NCBI GenBank assembly: GCA_965228855.1
Contig: CBDDIJ010000005.1
Span: 1,344,001-1,408,000 of the forward strand
Reading direction: 5' to 3'
Origin: Candidatus Obscuribacterales bacterium
GTDB taxonomy: Bacteria > Cyanobacteriota > Vampirovibrionia > Obscuribacterales > Obscuribacteraceae
DNA: 64,000 bases
The notes below the pieces were generated by a model. That model was not told the origin of the DNA. It made no database searches and saw nothing but the letters and a program-made list of their open reading frames with translations. The translations under genes and the position numbers were made by a program. This document shows positions 1 through 10,023 of the stretch, piece by piece (the first letter of the stretch is position 1; each line of letters opens with the position of its first letter).

Positions 1-2
1 TA

Positions 3-521
3 AAAGAGCTCAAGGCGCTTGGTATCGCCCGCAGTGTCATGCTTTCAGGTGACAATCAGACTGTAGCCAGAGCAATTGCCAATCAAATAGGTATAGACGA
101 AGCCCGAGCGCCTCTAATGCCAGATGCCAAAGCTAAAATGCTGCGCAGCCTCGCTAATGAAGGCGGAGTTGCGATGGTGGGCGACGGCGTTAATGACGCA
201 CCTGCGCTGGCCGCGGCTTCGGTTGGCATAGCTATGGGCGGTACCGGCTCAGACGTGGCGCTGGAGACTGCGGACTTAATCCTCATGAGCAAAGGACTCG
301 AGCAACTGCCATTTGCGGTCGAGCTGGCGCGCGAAGCCACGCGAAAGATCAACCAGAATCTTTCCATCGCACTTGGAGTGAGTGGTTTACTGGTCCTCGC
401 GACTATCTGTGGTTGGGTACAGATCAGTCAGGCTGTCATTCTGCATGAGGGAAGCACCCTGGTCGTACTCTTCAACGGATTGAGCCTCATTAGATTTCGC
501 GGTCGCTCATCAGTTGCCTGA
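3..521 (+). CDS. Heavy-metal translocating P1B-type ATPase, C-terminal part (5' truncated by window edge)
   Basis: Frame open from position 3 (KELKALGIARSVMLSGDN); motifs MLSGDN, MVGDGVNDAPALA, GSDVA and C-terminal HEGST. Confidence 0.93.
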   Translation, partial: KELKALGIARSVMLSGDNQTVARAIANQIGIDEARAPLMPDAKAKMLRSLANEGGVAMVGDGVNDAPALAAASVGIAMGGTGSDVALETADLILMSKGLEQLPFAVELAREATRKINQNLSIALGVSGLLVLATICGWVQISQAVILHEGSTLVVLFNGLSLIRFRGRSSVA

Positions 522-683
522 AACCGAGTGAAACTGCCGCAACCACTTCGTCGGCAAGCCGAATGCGCACCTTCACCGCATGCAAGTGTTAAGAAATAAT
601 CGCCGATCAGCAGCCTGTACGAGTGGCTCAAAAATTCTTTGGGAATAAAAACAGTTCCCTTTATTGATTGTGAGGCGCGCCGT

Positions 684-3077
684 ATGACTCAAACGCCATA
701 CAAGCAACGTAATCGCACGGGCGAGAACTTCAAGAAGAAACACAAACTAAAAGAGCACGATGAATCAATTCATCTTGTGGCAGAAACGGATACAGAACCA
801 CAGGAGCTTTCCGAGCGAGAGCGGCCCGATATCGCCGCTCGATACGATGTCATAGATCTCATTGGCAAAGGCGGAATGGGTGCAGTCTACAAAGTTTACG
901 ACAAGGAATTGGACAAAATTTTTGCTGTCAAACTCATGCAACAAGATCTGGCAAAGGACCAAGTTGCACAGAAGCGTTTCGAACAAGAAGTTGAAGCCTC
1001 CTGCCAGTTGACTCACCAGAATTTGATCGCAACCTATGGTCATGGCAAGACAGCGGACGGTGCACCGTATCTGGTGATGGAGTACGTACCGGGCGAAGCG
1101 CTATCGGATCTTCTCATCCGTGAAGGACCGTTAGAAGCAGCTCGAGCTCTCCGTTTGTGGACACAGATTTCTGAAGCGCTCGAACATGCCCACAAAAATG
1201 GTGTCATTCACAGAGATCTTAAACCAACTAATGTTATTATCTCCAGGGCAAGCGACGGTTCAGAAACCGCTCGACTTCTGGATTTCGGCATCGCAAAAAT
1301 TATTACCGCTACGAGCCGTGAAACCCATAATCTCACCGAGACCGGGACAGTATTTGGCAGTCCACAGTACATGAGCCCGGAGCACTGCCTGGGTTTCAAG
1401 ATGGATGAGCGGTCGGATATTTATTCGCTGGGTTGCATGGCCTACGAAATGCTGACTGGTCGCACTCCGTTTTCGGATAGCAACGCTGTTCAAGTCATTG
1501 TCAAACACATCAACGAAGAGGCATTGCCGTTTAACACGGAAAAGAAACTCGATCGAACGGCGAAGAAATTGGAAAGCGTCACGTTGAAGTGCTTGGAAAA
1601 AGACCCTGAAAGACGATATCAATCGGTCGGCGAAATAATCAAAGATCTCGAGCTAATCAGCCAGGGCAAGCAACCATCCAAGTTCATACGCCATAAAAAA
1701 CCGCGAGCCGAATTTAGCAGAGGACAAATTTTCGGTTTCGTCGCGGGTGCATCGCTGCTGGTTATGGCGATCTGGCAATACTCAAGCATGTTCGATCCGC
1801 ACTGGCAGCGACTCCTCATTTCAAGCTCCATCTTTCTTGTCTGCGCCACTGGAAGTGTAGCGTTTCTAATCGCCGCCATCGATCAAATCAAACACATCAT
1901 TTCCGGAAATAGATCGAGCCAGATCTGGTGGAGAGCGGCGCTTTCCATTTCGCTCACAATTAGTTGCTGGGCATTTCTCAACAACGCAATTACAATGCTT
2001 TCAAACTGGGACCCACTGCTCTCAATATTTACGGCAATGCACGCGCCCGAGTGGCTAACAACAGCCGCGACCTGGCTTCCATTCATCAACAAGGTGGCAT
2101 TCGGATCTGCATTGATTTCCGCTATCGGTTGCCTCTTATTCCGTGGCACCAAAAGAATTCCCTTTTTCGAGTTCTGTTTTCAGCACGTTGTCCTCACCAC
2201 CGTTGTCCTGATGCTCGTGTGCTCCTCGGTGCCAAAACAAACCAGCGGCATGCTCAATCTCATCACAGGTGGTGTCATGGAAGAGCGAGCACCAGCGCTA
2301 AACGAGAACCTGTTGAAGTTCTCTCTGCTCTTGGATCCGCGCAATCAGCGCTCAGTCATCAATCTCGCGGACGCTTACGTAAAGCGGGGACAACGAGCTC
2401 AAGCTGATCTTGTCTACGAAAAATATTTCATCAGAGAACCTCTCAAAAACAAGGCGGCATGGGCGCGATACGAGCATGCTCTGACCTACGCGGATGAGAT
2501 GGATAGCCAGTTGAAATTTCAAGAATTGACCACCGCGATTAGACTGGCTCCGCGTCGCGAATACTACGAAGCGCGAGGAGTGATCAACTGGGATCGCGGT
2601 CTGTATAAAGACGCCCTCTGGGACTTCTTCAGCGCCACCAGATGCGAGCCAGGCGCAATCGGTCCCTACTGCAAACGCGCTCTTGTCTTCGGAGCCGTCT
2701 ACGACTGGAGTGCTGCGCTTGGCGAATTAAACAGAATCGCATCCTCGCAAGCAACAAACCAACATCCGGAAATTTACTTTCTGCGCGGGCTCGTTTACGA
2801 AAAGCTTGGAGACCCGGAAGCCCGCAAAGACTTCCAACGTGTTATCGCGTTGTCCGCAACCGACGATCAATATGATGGTTTCTACAACGCAGACAAACTT
2901 ATTCGGCTTGCATATTGCTATAAGAAGATCGGCGAGATCGCCAACTACGAAAAAACATTCGAAGAGCTGGTGAAATCGCCTGATTACAAAACCGCGACAG
3001 AAAGATTGAACACTGATTTGAAACGCGCCAATCTCACACTCGAGTGGAAGCGTTCGGCCACGGCAGGCGATGACTAA
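684..3077 (+). CDS. Hanks-type Ser/Thr protein kinase with multi-TM region and C-terminal TPR-like repeats
   Basis: GKGGMG, AVK, HRDLKPTN, DFG, YMSPE; several hydrophobic helices mid-protein; TPR-like tail (YYEARG, YFLRGLVYEKLG). Start is ATG 684 or TTG 639. Confidence 0.9.
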   Translation: MTQTPYKQRNRTGENFKKKHKLKEHDESIHLVAETDTEPQELSERERPDIAARYDVIDLIGKGGMGAVYKVYDKELDKIFAVKLMQQDLAKDQVAQKRFEQEVEASCQLTHQNLIATYGHGKTADGAPYLVMEYVPGEALSDLLIREGPLEAARALRLWTQISEALEHAHKNGVIHRDLKPTNVIISRASDGSETARLLDFGIAKIITATSRETHNLTETGTVFGSPQYMSPEHCLGFKMDERSDIYSLGCMAYEMLTGRTPFSDSNAVQVIVKHINEEALPFNTEKKLDRTAKKLESVTLKCLEKDPERRYQSVGEIIKDLELISQGKQPSKFIRHKKPRAEFSRGQIFGFVAGASLLVMAIWQYSSMFDPHWQRLLISSSIFLVCATGSVAFLIAAIDQIKHIISGNRSSQIWWRAALSISLTISCWAFLNNAITMLSNWDPLLSIFTAMHAPEWLTTAATWLPFINKVAFGSALISAIGCLLFRGTKRIPFFEFCFQHVVLTTVVLMLVCSSVPKQTSGMLNLITGGVMEERAPALNENLLKFSLLLDPRNQRSVINLADAYVKRGQRAQADLVYEKYFIREPLKNKAAWARYEHALTYADEMDSQLKFQELTTAIRLAPRREYYEARGVINWDRGLYKDALWDFFSATRCEPGAIGPYCKRALVFGAVYDWSAALGELNRIASSQATNQHPEIYFLRGLVYEKLGDPEARKDFQRVIALSATDDQYDGFYNADKLIRLAYCYKKIGEIANYEKTFEELVKSPDYKTATERLNTDLKRANLTLEWKRSATAGDD

Positions 3078-5560
3078 ATCAACCTTCGCTTGCCACGCCT
3101 TTCTCTAATCGTCGAGAACAAGACAACGATTATAGCGGCCAGCGCGAGACCACAACCGAAGAAGAACGGCACGGGTCGATAATTGAACTCGACCGTATGC
3201 TTACCTGGTGGCAAACAGACGGCGCGAAAGGAATAGTTCGCTCTGGCGATCGTCACAGCTCGTCCGTCAATACTGGCTTCCCATCCCGGATACCATATGT
3301 CGGTCAATACCAGCATTGCCGGCACGCTCGACTCGGTCAAAATAGAGACGTTCAAGCTCGAGCGATTAGAGATGATTGCATTTCCGGCTATGCCGGTCGG
3401 AGCTGGTCTCATTCCTGACTTTGCAATCGCAGCAAATTCAATATCAAACTTGGACCGGTCTTCCGGCCGAATTTGGAGAACTAGTTGATTCGCCGGCTCG
3501 AAACTGCTGACCGAAACCGCGTTAAGAGCCTCATCATCGGAATCGACAAGTCGAATAGAATTGACAATGTAAGCGTCCGGAACCGCGTCCACGTTCTCAT
3601 AAATATGCATGCCTTCCGATGTCTCGGCAATTCGTTTGAACCTCTTTCCTGTGATATCACGCGTGGAGTCATCGAAAATTTCCTCTGGCTCATCGAGCGG
3701 AACATCGGTTGTGATGATGTATGCAACGCTTGCCGCATCCAGCATCTTGGAGGGTTTATTCGAGATTACCTGATTGAACTCATCTAGCGTTGCTCCGGCT
3801 TTCTCCAGAAAACGTATATAGTATTTCGGAAAGATCGGATTGTGAAAACGAGCATCGCGAAGGCTGTACACCAAGTTCGTATTTGGCCGCATCGTATGCT
3901 CGCCGGTAAATACCATTCTTCTGTCAGGCAGTGACTGAAGGCGTTCAATTGTTTCGGTGTGCGGATATGCGAATGCCGGTCGCCGAGGCATTGAGCCTTT
4001 GGAGAGAGCGACCTGGGAGAAACAGTTCACACCGAGTAAAAGCAACACCGCAACTAACGCGCCTGTAAAGCGCAACTTTGCGCGATTCACAACCATGATG
4101 ATCAAGAACACGACTCCAGCCAGAATTGCGTTTCTTACAAAATCTCGGTTGGCTAGCTGCATTCCGCTCAACGTCATATCGAAATTCGCGACATCCAGAT
4201 TTAAATGACCGCCTTGTGCGACTAGTGGGAAGCCGACAATTAGAACAAGCGAAATCAACATCAACAGCCACTCGTGGCTTAAGTGTCTATAGCGACCAGC
4301 CGGAACGATGCGGTCACCTTCGGGCAGAGCTCGCGCCATGTTGGAGACAAGGCGCTCCAAGCCGAACGCCGCAAAAGCGGTAACAAGAACCAGTAGCACC
4401 GGAAAGAAGTAAGTAACGACGACATATGAAAACGGTCTCTTCGTAAGGAGGATGCCCAATGGATAAATCTTGGCTGAAATCGCCCAGGCAAAAGCTGCCA
4501 GACCTGCTGTTACCGCGCTTGCCTTGAGTGCCCAGGCATCTCGTTCCTGAATCTGGACCTTTGAAGACAGAGTGCTCCAGGCATCATATATAGTGGCAAC
4601 ACCAAGCGGAAATACCAGAGTGGTCAGCAAACCTAGATACGGACTGGCAGCGCCAAAACCAGGTTGAACAAAGTTAAAGGCTAGAGTTTGCCAGGGATAA
4701 TAGGCTGGTGCTCTATTGGCAAATTTATACGAATCCGAATTGATAAGCAACTCTACGAAAGGCAACAGCATGGGCGCAGAGAGGCAGAGGGCAATTGTTC
4801 CAGCAATGCAGAGTAAAAGAGCCCCCCGCAACACTCTGTCGGGCGGCATCATAATTAATAGCAGTAACGAGGCGATTGTTATACTGCACAAAGAAAGCTC
4901 CGGATGCGCCGAGAGAACAAAAATCGACGACGCAACTCCCGCGATTAGAGAGCTCTGCACCGTTTGCTTTCTTGCGCAGTTGAGGAAGGCGGCTAGCAGC
5001 AGCGGCAGAAGGCAATAACCGTTCCCCAACAATTCGAGATACCATTGCTCGAATGGGCAGCAAAGCAGGGTAACACCGATAAACACAGACGGCACGCGAG
5101 ACAAGCCGAGGCTTCGGCCGAGAATGAATCCACCGACTGCCATCACTGCCAATTCGAAAACGAGAAGATAATTGTAAGTCAAGATAGTCGGATGGATTGC
5201 CAGCGGCAAATGCAAAATTGATAAAGCCAATGCCTGCGGGTCGGCTACCAGAGGCGCCCCAAAGCCACTTTCCGAGTTCCATAGCGGCAATTCACCGCCA
5301 TGCCATATCCGCCCAACAAGCAAATAATAAGGCACCATCAGCAGTATCTGAGAGGGGTCCATCAACTGCGACTTTCCAGTCGCAAAATTCTTAAAAATCG
5401 AGTCCCATTCAGCTATTACATGGATCTTCGAGATTGGCGCACCCAGAAATACGGTCTTGGCAAAAAGAGCAATTACGAGTCCTACTAAGCCTAGACATAT
5501 GAAGAAGTCGAGTCGTGAGTTCTTGCGTTCACCAATCTCCAGGATGGGTTCTTCCGACAA
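3074..5560 (-). CDS. YfhO-family (GT-C fold) membrane glycosyltransferase
   Basis: LPLWN...G.PL.ADPQ near N-terminus, many TM helices, C-terminal LVLTDIWYPGWEASIDG...ANYSFRAVCLPPGKHTVEFNYRP signature. Confidence 0.85.
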   Translation of the reverse strand: MSEEPILEIGERKNSRLDFFICLGLVGLVIALFAKTVFLGAPISKIHVIAEWDSIFKNFATGKSQLMDPSQILLMVPYYLLVGRIWHGGELPLWNSESGFGAPLVADPQALALSILHLPLAIHPTILTYNYLLVFELAVMAVGGFILGRSLGLSRVPSVFIGVTLLCCPFEQWYLELLGNGYCLLPLLLAAFLNCARKQTVQSSLIAGVASSIFVLSAHPELSLCSITIASLLLLIMMPPDRVLRGALLLCIAGTIALCLSAPMLLPFVELLINSDSYKFANRAPAYYPWQTLAFNFVQPGFGAASPYLGLLTTLVFPLGVATIYDAWSTLSSKVQIQERDAWALKASAVTAGLAAFAWAISAKIYPLGILLTKRPFSYVVVTYFFPVLLVLVTAFAAFGLERLVSNMARALPEGDRIVPAGRYRHLSHEWLLMLISLVLIVGFPLVAQGGHLNLDVANFDMTLSGMQLANRDFVRNAILAGVVFLIIMVVNRAKLRFTGALVAVLLLLGVNCFSQVALSKGSMPRRPAFAYPHTETIERLQSLPDRRMVFTGEHTMRPNTNLVYSLRDARFHNPIFPKYYIRFLEKAGATLDEFNQVISNKPSKMLDAASVAYIITTDVPLDEPEEIFDDSTRDITGKRFKRIAETSEGMHIYENVDAVPDAYIVNSIRLVDSDDEALNAVSVSSFEPANQLVLQIRPEDRSKFDIEFAAIAKSGMRPAPTGIAGNAIISNRSSLNVSILTESSVPAMLVLTDIWYPGWEASIDGRAVTIARANYSFRAVCLPPGKHTVEFNYRPVPFFFGCGLALAAIIVVLFSTIRERRGKRRLI

Positions 5561-5581
5561 TTTCGGTTTACCCTCCAGCGG

Positions 5582-6790
5582 CTATTGTGGCGCAGTCCAG
5601 CCAAAAGTGTCTAAGGTTTCTTCAACAGTCATATTGTTTTCGAGACAATACGCCATCACGATTGTGGCTTGCTCCAGCTTGAGTAAATCGTGGTCAAGAT
5701 AATTCTTCAAATGTGTCGCATGCTCTAAAACTTGCTCGTCGATTAATCGCGCGTCGAACAAAGTCTTCATGAGCGGCACCTTGTTGGCCAGCGCCAGTGC
5801 AGTCGCAATTTGCAAATCCTTATCGGATATCAATCCTGCCTTTTTCAAAATGTCAGTTATCTCTATCGGCTGGCGCTCCTCGAAAATCGCACCTGGATCT
5901 TCGTCGATCAGAGAAAGAACTCGTTGGAGCTCTTCGTTAGATGAGGCATATTGTACCTTTGAGATTATTTGGGCAGCCTGATCCTCGAAAAGCACACCGC
6001 TCTCGATCATTTTCAGGATGTGCTTAGCAGCTTTTATACACGGTTTTGAGGCATAACCAAGTTCGACAAAAACCTCATCCAGTTCCTTATCGTGAGTTGC
6101 TTCTATTTCATGCGCAGTCAGCAATTGACTCTCGGACACCGCGCCTGCCATGACAAAAAGCTCACCAATACCGAATTTAGGAGCAAGGTTCGCAAATTGT
6201 CCTGTCTCCTTCAATGATTGCTCAAGAGAGATTGAGCGCAATCGCGCCAGCTTCAAAGCATACAAAACCGCATCTCTCTCGACCTTTCCTTCGCGGATGA
6301 GCCGTTGAGCAGCCAGAGCAGAGTTCAAGGATGCACGCGTGATAACACCTTTATTCAACAGCACCAGACCAAGTGGTAAGCCGGTCTCAGCGCTCGTCAC
6401 CATCCCCTGATCGACGAGCGGCTGCGATGCGATCCCTGCCGAAGTCAAAATTTCGCCGAGGCGATTGTGAGTTGGCACCTGAGTAGGCATCGCAACCGGA
6501 CCGGATCTGTTGAGTGCTGTTTCAAGCGGCAGGCCTTCTTGTGACACCATCAGCAGTGCAGTGATCGCATGCTCAAACGGTATCAGACCATCACGGATAC
6601 GAGCCTGAATCTCCAGCGCAGCGCGCAGCTGATCTTCGGTTACGTGACCGTGCATCGTCAACACACGTCCAATCGGCAACCTCATCTTGAATGACAGGCG
6701 GTAAGCCGCCTCAAACTGCTCGGGACCGAGCAATCCGCCTCGAATCAATAATTCGCCTAACTGAATGTCGGCTGGCGCTTCTTGCGTCAT
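5582..6790 (-). CDS. Stand-alone protein of four MshEN-like (T2SSE N-terminal, c-di-GMP-binding) repeats
   Basis: Repeats begin QLGELLIRGGLL, RLGEILTSAGIA, GIGELFVMAGAV, EITDILKKAGLI; repeats 1-2 end in ALxxQ; no ATPase domain. Confidence 0.75.
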   Translation of the reverse strand: MTQEAPADIQLGELLIRGGLLGPEQFEAAYRLSFKMRLPIGRVLTMHGHVTEDQLRAALEIQARIRDGLIPFEHAITALLMVSQEGLPLETALNRSGPVAMPTQVPTHNRLGEILTSAGIASQPLVDQGMVTSAETGLPLGLVLLNKGVITRASLNSALAAQRLIREGKVERDAVLYALKLARLRSISLEQSLKETGQFANLAPKFGIGELFVMAGAVSESQLLTAHEIEATHDKELDEVFVELGYASKPCIKAAKHILKMIESGVLFEDQAAQIISKVQYASSNEELQRVLSLIDEDPGAIFEERQPIEITDILKKAGLISDKDLQIATALALANKVPLMKTLFDARLIDEQVLEHATHLKNYLDHDLLKLEQATIVMAYCLENNMTVEETLDTFGWTAPQ

Positions 6791-8829
6791 CAGTCTCTCT
6801 TACGGCTTCTCGACAGAACGATCGGGAAGGTTCCCTCTCTTGCTTCGTTTTTCGCGGTCCGGGCAGCTTCAATCAAGCTCAGCACATCATCACCATCAGA
6901 CGGCAGCCCGGCAACACCGAATGACAGCAAGAGGTTTCGCCGGTCAACATCCGGCGCCAGTGGTGTGGTAGTCAGCGCATCGAGAATTCTGTTGGCGACG
7001 AATGCAGCCTGTGACGGTCTGGTATTCGGCAGCAGGAGACCATATTCGGTGCTTTCGAAGTGACCGAGGCTATCGAGCGGGCGCTTAACAAGTTCGATTC
7101 TTAGAGCCGCAGCGTTGATCACATGCGGTGGCAGAGCATCCGCTCCAAAACCCATATCAGCGCGGCGCTTGTTCATCTCGAACATGATGAATGACAGCGG
7201 CCAGCTGTAAGCCTCGAAGCGATAATACTCGTATTCCATGTAGTAAAGCATCGCTTCCCACGAGAGTATGCCCGTGTCCGGTCTGATAAAGTTGTACCGA
7301 AGCGCTTGAACAGTCTGTTTTCCCTCACCCAGGAAGTCGAGCGCACCGCCCCTGGCGGATGCAGGCTCTTTGATGTCCATAATCCCGCAGTAAAGGAAAT
7401 TGAACAAAAGCGGCGCCCACTGCGCCATATCCATAGGTCTGTCTCGCAGCAGATCTGTGAAAGTGCGCTTCTTCTTGAGCATTTCATAGATTTGCTTCTG
7501 CCATTCAAAATCGAGAGGATGTCCTTTTGACAGCATAAGCTTGAGTTCGGTGTCGCCAAGATTCTTCTGCTTGAGGACGAGCTGTGATTCATAAACCAGC
7601 CCTGCCGCTTCGAGATGTCTAAGCTGTTCCAGCAAAGCGGTACCTTCCATGATCGAGACCTGCAGGCTCTTTTCACAGGAAGTCATATCCGTAACTTTTT
7701 TAGGATGAAACTTATAATCGCCTTTGCGCCAGGTGACGACTTCTTTGATTGCCGCATCACCGCGAGAAGCACCCGCCTGAGCGTGCTTGGGAGTTCCATC
7801 CACGAAGTAAACCTGCGCTATCGAAGCGTCAGAAATAACTTCGAGCATTCCGGTCACTTTATTCATTCCAATATTCGTGAGCACATCGGCAATCTTCGTC
7901 TTTCGAAGATTCCCTTCCAATGCCGCGACAGGAGCCTTACCAGCCCCTCCGGGAACCGCCGGGTTGTCCGAATAGAAGTCCGCGGGCAAACTGCCTTCGG
8001 GCAAGCCTGATAGTGATGACTGTTTAGGAAAAGTGTCTTCGACACCACCGCCTGCGCCACTGATCACGGGAGTGCCGCGATAATTAATATCGCCCGCTCC
8101 CGGTACTATCCTGTTGGTGCCGGTGGTTCCGAGAGCTTGATGACTTCCGGTTCTCCGCGGATTCTGAATTGTCTGATATCCGCCGGTCGACTTTAACGCT
8201 GGCGGTATCGCGCCTCCGCCCGGATCCATACCACCGTACTGCCCGGACTGCTGATATTGACCTGATTGTGTGTACTGACTGTATTGACCCGACTGCTGAA
8301 AAGGTGACTGCGAGCCGGTCATCTGCTGCTGATTGGCGTTAGGGTAGTTTCCTGCCTGCGGATTGTTTCGCGGAGGAATTGACCGTTCGACGTTAACCGG
8401 CGGAAAGTTTCCAGTGCCGCTGACCGGCGGAAAACTACCAGTTCCACCCGATGGAGCAAAGCCGCCTGTGGCACCACCCGCGCTTGCACCTGTTTGGGTT
8501 TCAAGCATCATGACCACGTCCATAATCAGGTTCAAATCGCTGGTTTCGAATTTGCTTACCAGCTTGGATTGGCGCCCATCATCTTCCCAGAGATTCCACA
8601 ACGGATGGGGCGTAACTTTATCGAACTTGATCAGCAAACAATATGTCTTATAAGTCCCGGGCACCGACCACATAAGCTCAACTTCCTGGGGGCGATTTAC
8701 CTGAGCCTGCTCATACAGATTCTTCAGAGCATTCATGTCAGGGAAGACTGCCTGTTTGGGCAGCCTTATCTTGCCTGGTTGTTGTGATTGCTTGCCTCTA
8801 CCGAACATTTGGGTCTTATGTGGCTCCAC
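6790..8829 (-). CDS. DUF4388/PATAN-like domain plus degenerate GGDEF-domain protein with long low-complexity linker
   Basis: LEGNL...IADVL...VTGMLEV...QVYFVDG...W..GDYKF (DUF4388-like); C-terminal D.LTG-like start, RPLD I-site, ESTEY in place of GGDEF, LSFGVA. Confidence 0.75.
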   Translation of the reverse strand: MEPHKTQMFGRGKQSQQPGKIRLPKQAVFPDMNALKNLYEQAQVNRPQEVELMWSVPGTYKTYCLLIKFDKVTPHPLWNLWEDDGRQSKLVSKFETSDLNLIMDVVMMLETQTGASAGGATGGFAPSGGTGSFPPVSGTGNFPPVNVERSIPPRNNPQAGNYPNANQQQMTGSQSPFQQSGQYSQYTQSGQYQQSGQYGGMDPGGGAIPPALKSTGGYQTIQNPRRTGSHQALGTTGTNRIVPGAGDINYRGTPVISGAGGGVEDTFPKQSSLSGLPEGSLPADFYSDNPAVPGGAGKAPVAALEGNLRKTKIADVLTNIGMNKVTGMLEVISDASIAQVYFVDGTPKHAQAGASRGDAAIKEVVTWRKGDYKFHPKKVTDMTSCEKSLQVSIMEGTALLEQLRHLEAAGLVYESQLVLKQKNLGDTELKLMLSKGHPLDFEWQKQIYEMLKKKRTFTDLLRDRPMDMAQWAPLLFNFLYCGIMDIKEPASARGGALDFLGEGKQTVQALRYNFIRPDTGILSWEAMLYYMEYEYYRFEAYSWPLSFIMFEMNKRRADMGFGADALPPHVINAAALRIELVKRPLDSLGHFESTEYGLLLPNTRPSQAAFVANRILDALTTTPLAPDVDRRNLLLSFGVAGLPSDGDDVLSLIEAARTAKNEAREGTFPIVLSRSRKRD

Positions 8830-9128
8830 GGCTTGTTTTACCGCTCGCCGTCATCTCGCGCATAGTAAGTAGCTGTATTAGATAAACCCAGGACTCTTTT
8901 CCATAAAACAGTAAAGCTCTCCTAAGTTTATTTGACCGAGCCAAATTAGCATAATAGCAAAGGGCAAATCGGACAACTTTTTACCGATTTACATTCCATT
9001 TCGTGACAATAAAAGACGCTCGTGGCTTTGGACGGAAACCTAATTACGCTACCCCTAAATTCACAGAAGATCGGACGGACCTGGTAAAGCACCGTCCGTA
9101 GTATCACATTCGATTTACTGCAGCCGAT

Positions 9129-9857
9129 TTATTGGCTGATTGAACTGACACTGGAGTTGAACGGCATCAATTCAGAACCGGGCCCAGTAAGCTTTAGAAA
9201 CCCCTCGGCTACGACCAGATCAGCCTTAGATTCGACAATGAGCGATCGTTCCGGTGCAAGTAAAAATGCGTGCGTATCTTCGGTCAGAAAGGTACCATGA
9301 GTTTGCACATACCCGACTGCGGATGCTGACATAGCGCTGCTCGTAGTATAAATGCGCGTATTCGGAGGTACTGGATCTTGATTGCCAAAAACTTTTCGCA
9401 TCTTGCGGCTCGTGTCCAGAACTACCAGGGATGCGGGACTTAAGCGGGTTTCCGAAACGGTGACAACAGGAGTACCATGATTTCGCAGGGAAACTTCAAG
9501 AACGCCGTCCAGGTCAGAGCCCAATATGAGCGGTGCTCCGGCGTCGATCACCGCGACCATATCATACTTCGCAAACTCACGCAGAGCAACAGCAGTAGCT
9601 AACGACGCCCTATCCATGCCGTTTTCCTTCGCCGGCGGAACTGCTATTACCGTTGCACCGATAACTTGAGAATAGCTTCTCACCTCATTGTCATCAGTCA
9701 CTACTATGATTCTGTCAACCGAGCGAGAATTTTTAGCAGTACTCACAGACCATGCGAAAAGCGGCTTTCCGCCGAGCATTCGCGAATCTCGACGCGCCAA
9801 AGTTTTACAACCGCCTATCGCGGACACTACAGCCAAAACGCTTTTACTATTTATCAC
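9129..9857 (-). CDS. Acylneuraminate cytidylyltransferase (NeuA/CMAS)-like protein with degenerate CTP-binding loop
   Basis: LGGKPLFAWSV, VDRIIVVTDD..V, R.L.VES..DL..AE pattern; N-terminal loop SAIGGCKTLARRD instead of PARGGSKG...KN. Confidence 0.7.
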   Translation of the reverse strand: MINSKSVLAVVSAIGGCKTLARRDSRMLGGKPLFAWSVSTAKNSRSVDRIIVVTDDNEVRSYSQVIGATVIAVPPAKENGMDRASLATAVALREFAKYDMVAVIDAGAPLILGSDLDGVLEVSLRNHGTPVVTVSETRLSPASLVVLDTSRKMRKVFGNQDPVPPNTRIYTTSSAMSASAVGYVQTHGTFLTEDTHAFLLAPERSLIVESKADLVVAEGFLKLTGPGSELMPFNSSVSSISQ

Positions 9858-10023
9858 TGAAACTCTCTTGTGACACGCGCAAGCCGCGCCAATAGTTTTG
9901 GTTGCTTAAATCAACGCGTATATAAAAATATCACCAGATCGACGGAATTGTTCTTAAAAACAGCGTAACCAAGAGGAAAAAACTTTCGCGAGGGTATACC
10001 GAAAATAGACAAGGGGCATTTTA

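Noticed and set aside
8955..9000. GGGCAAA... sequence resembling the start of a c-di-GMP-I riboswitch near the GGDEF-like gene
   Set aside because: Wrong strand for the downstream gene, and the GNRA loop and GACGCAAA elements are missing
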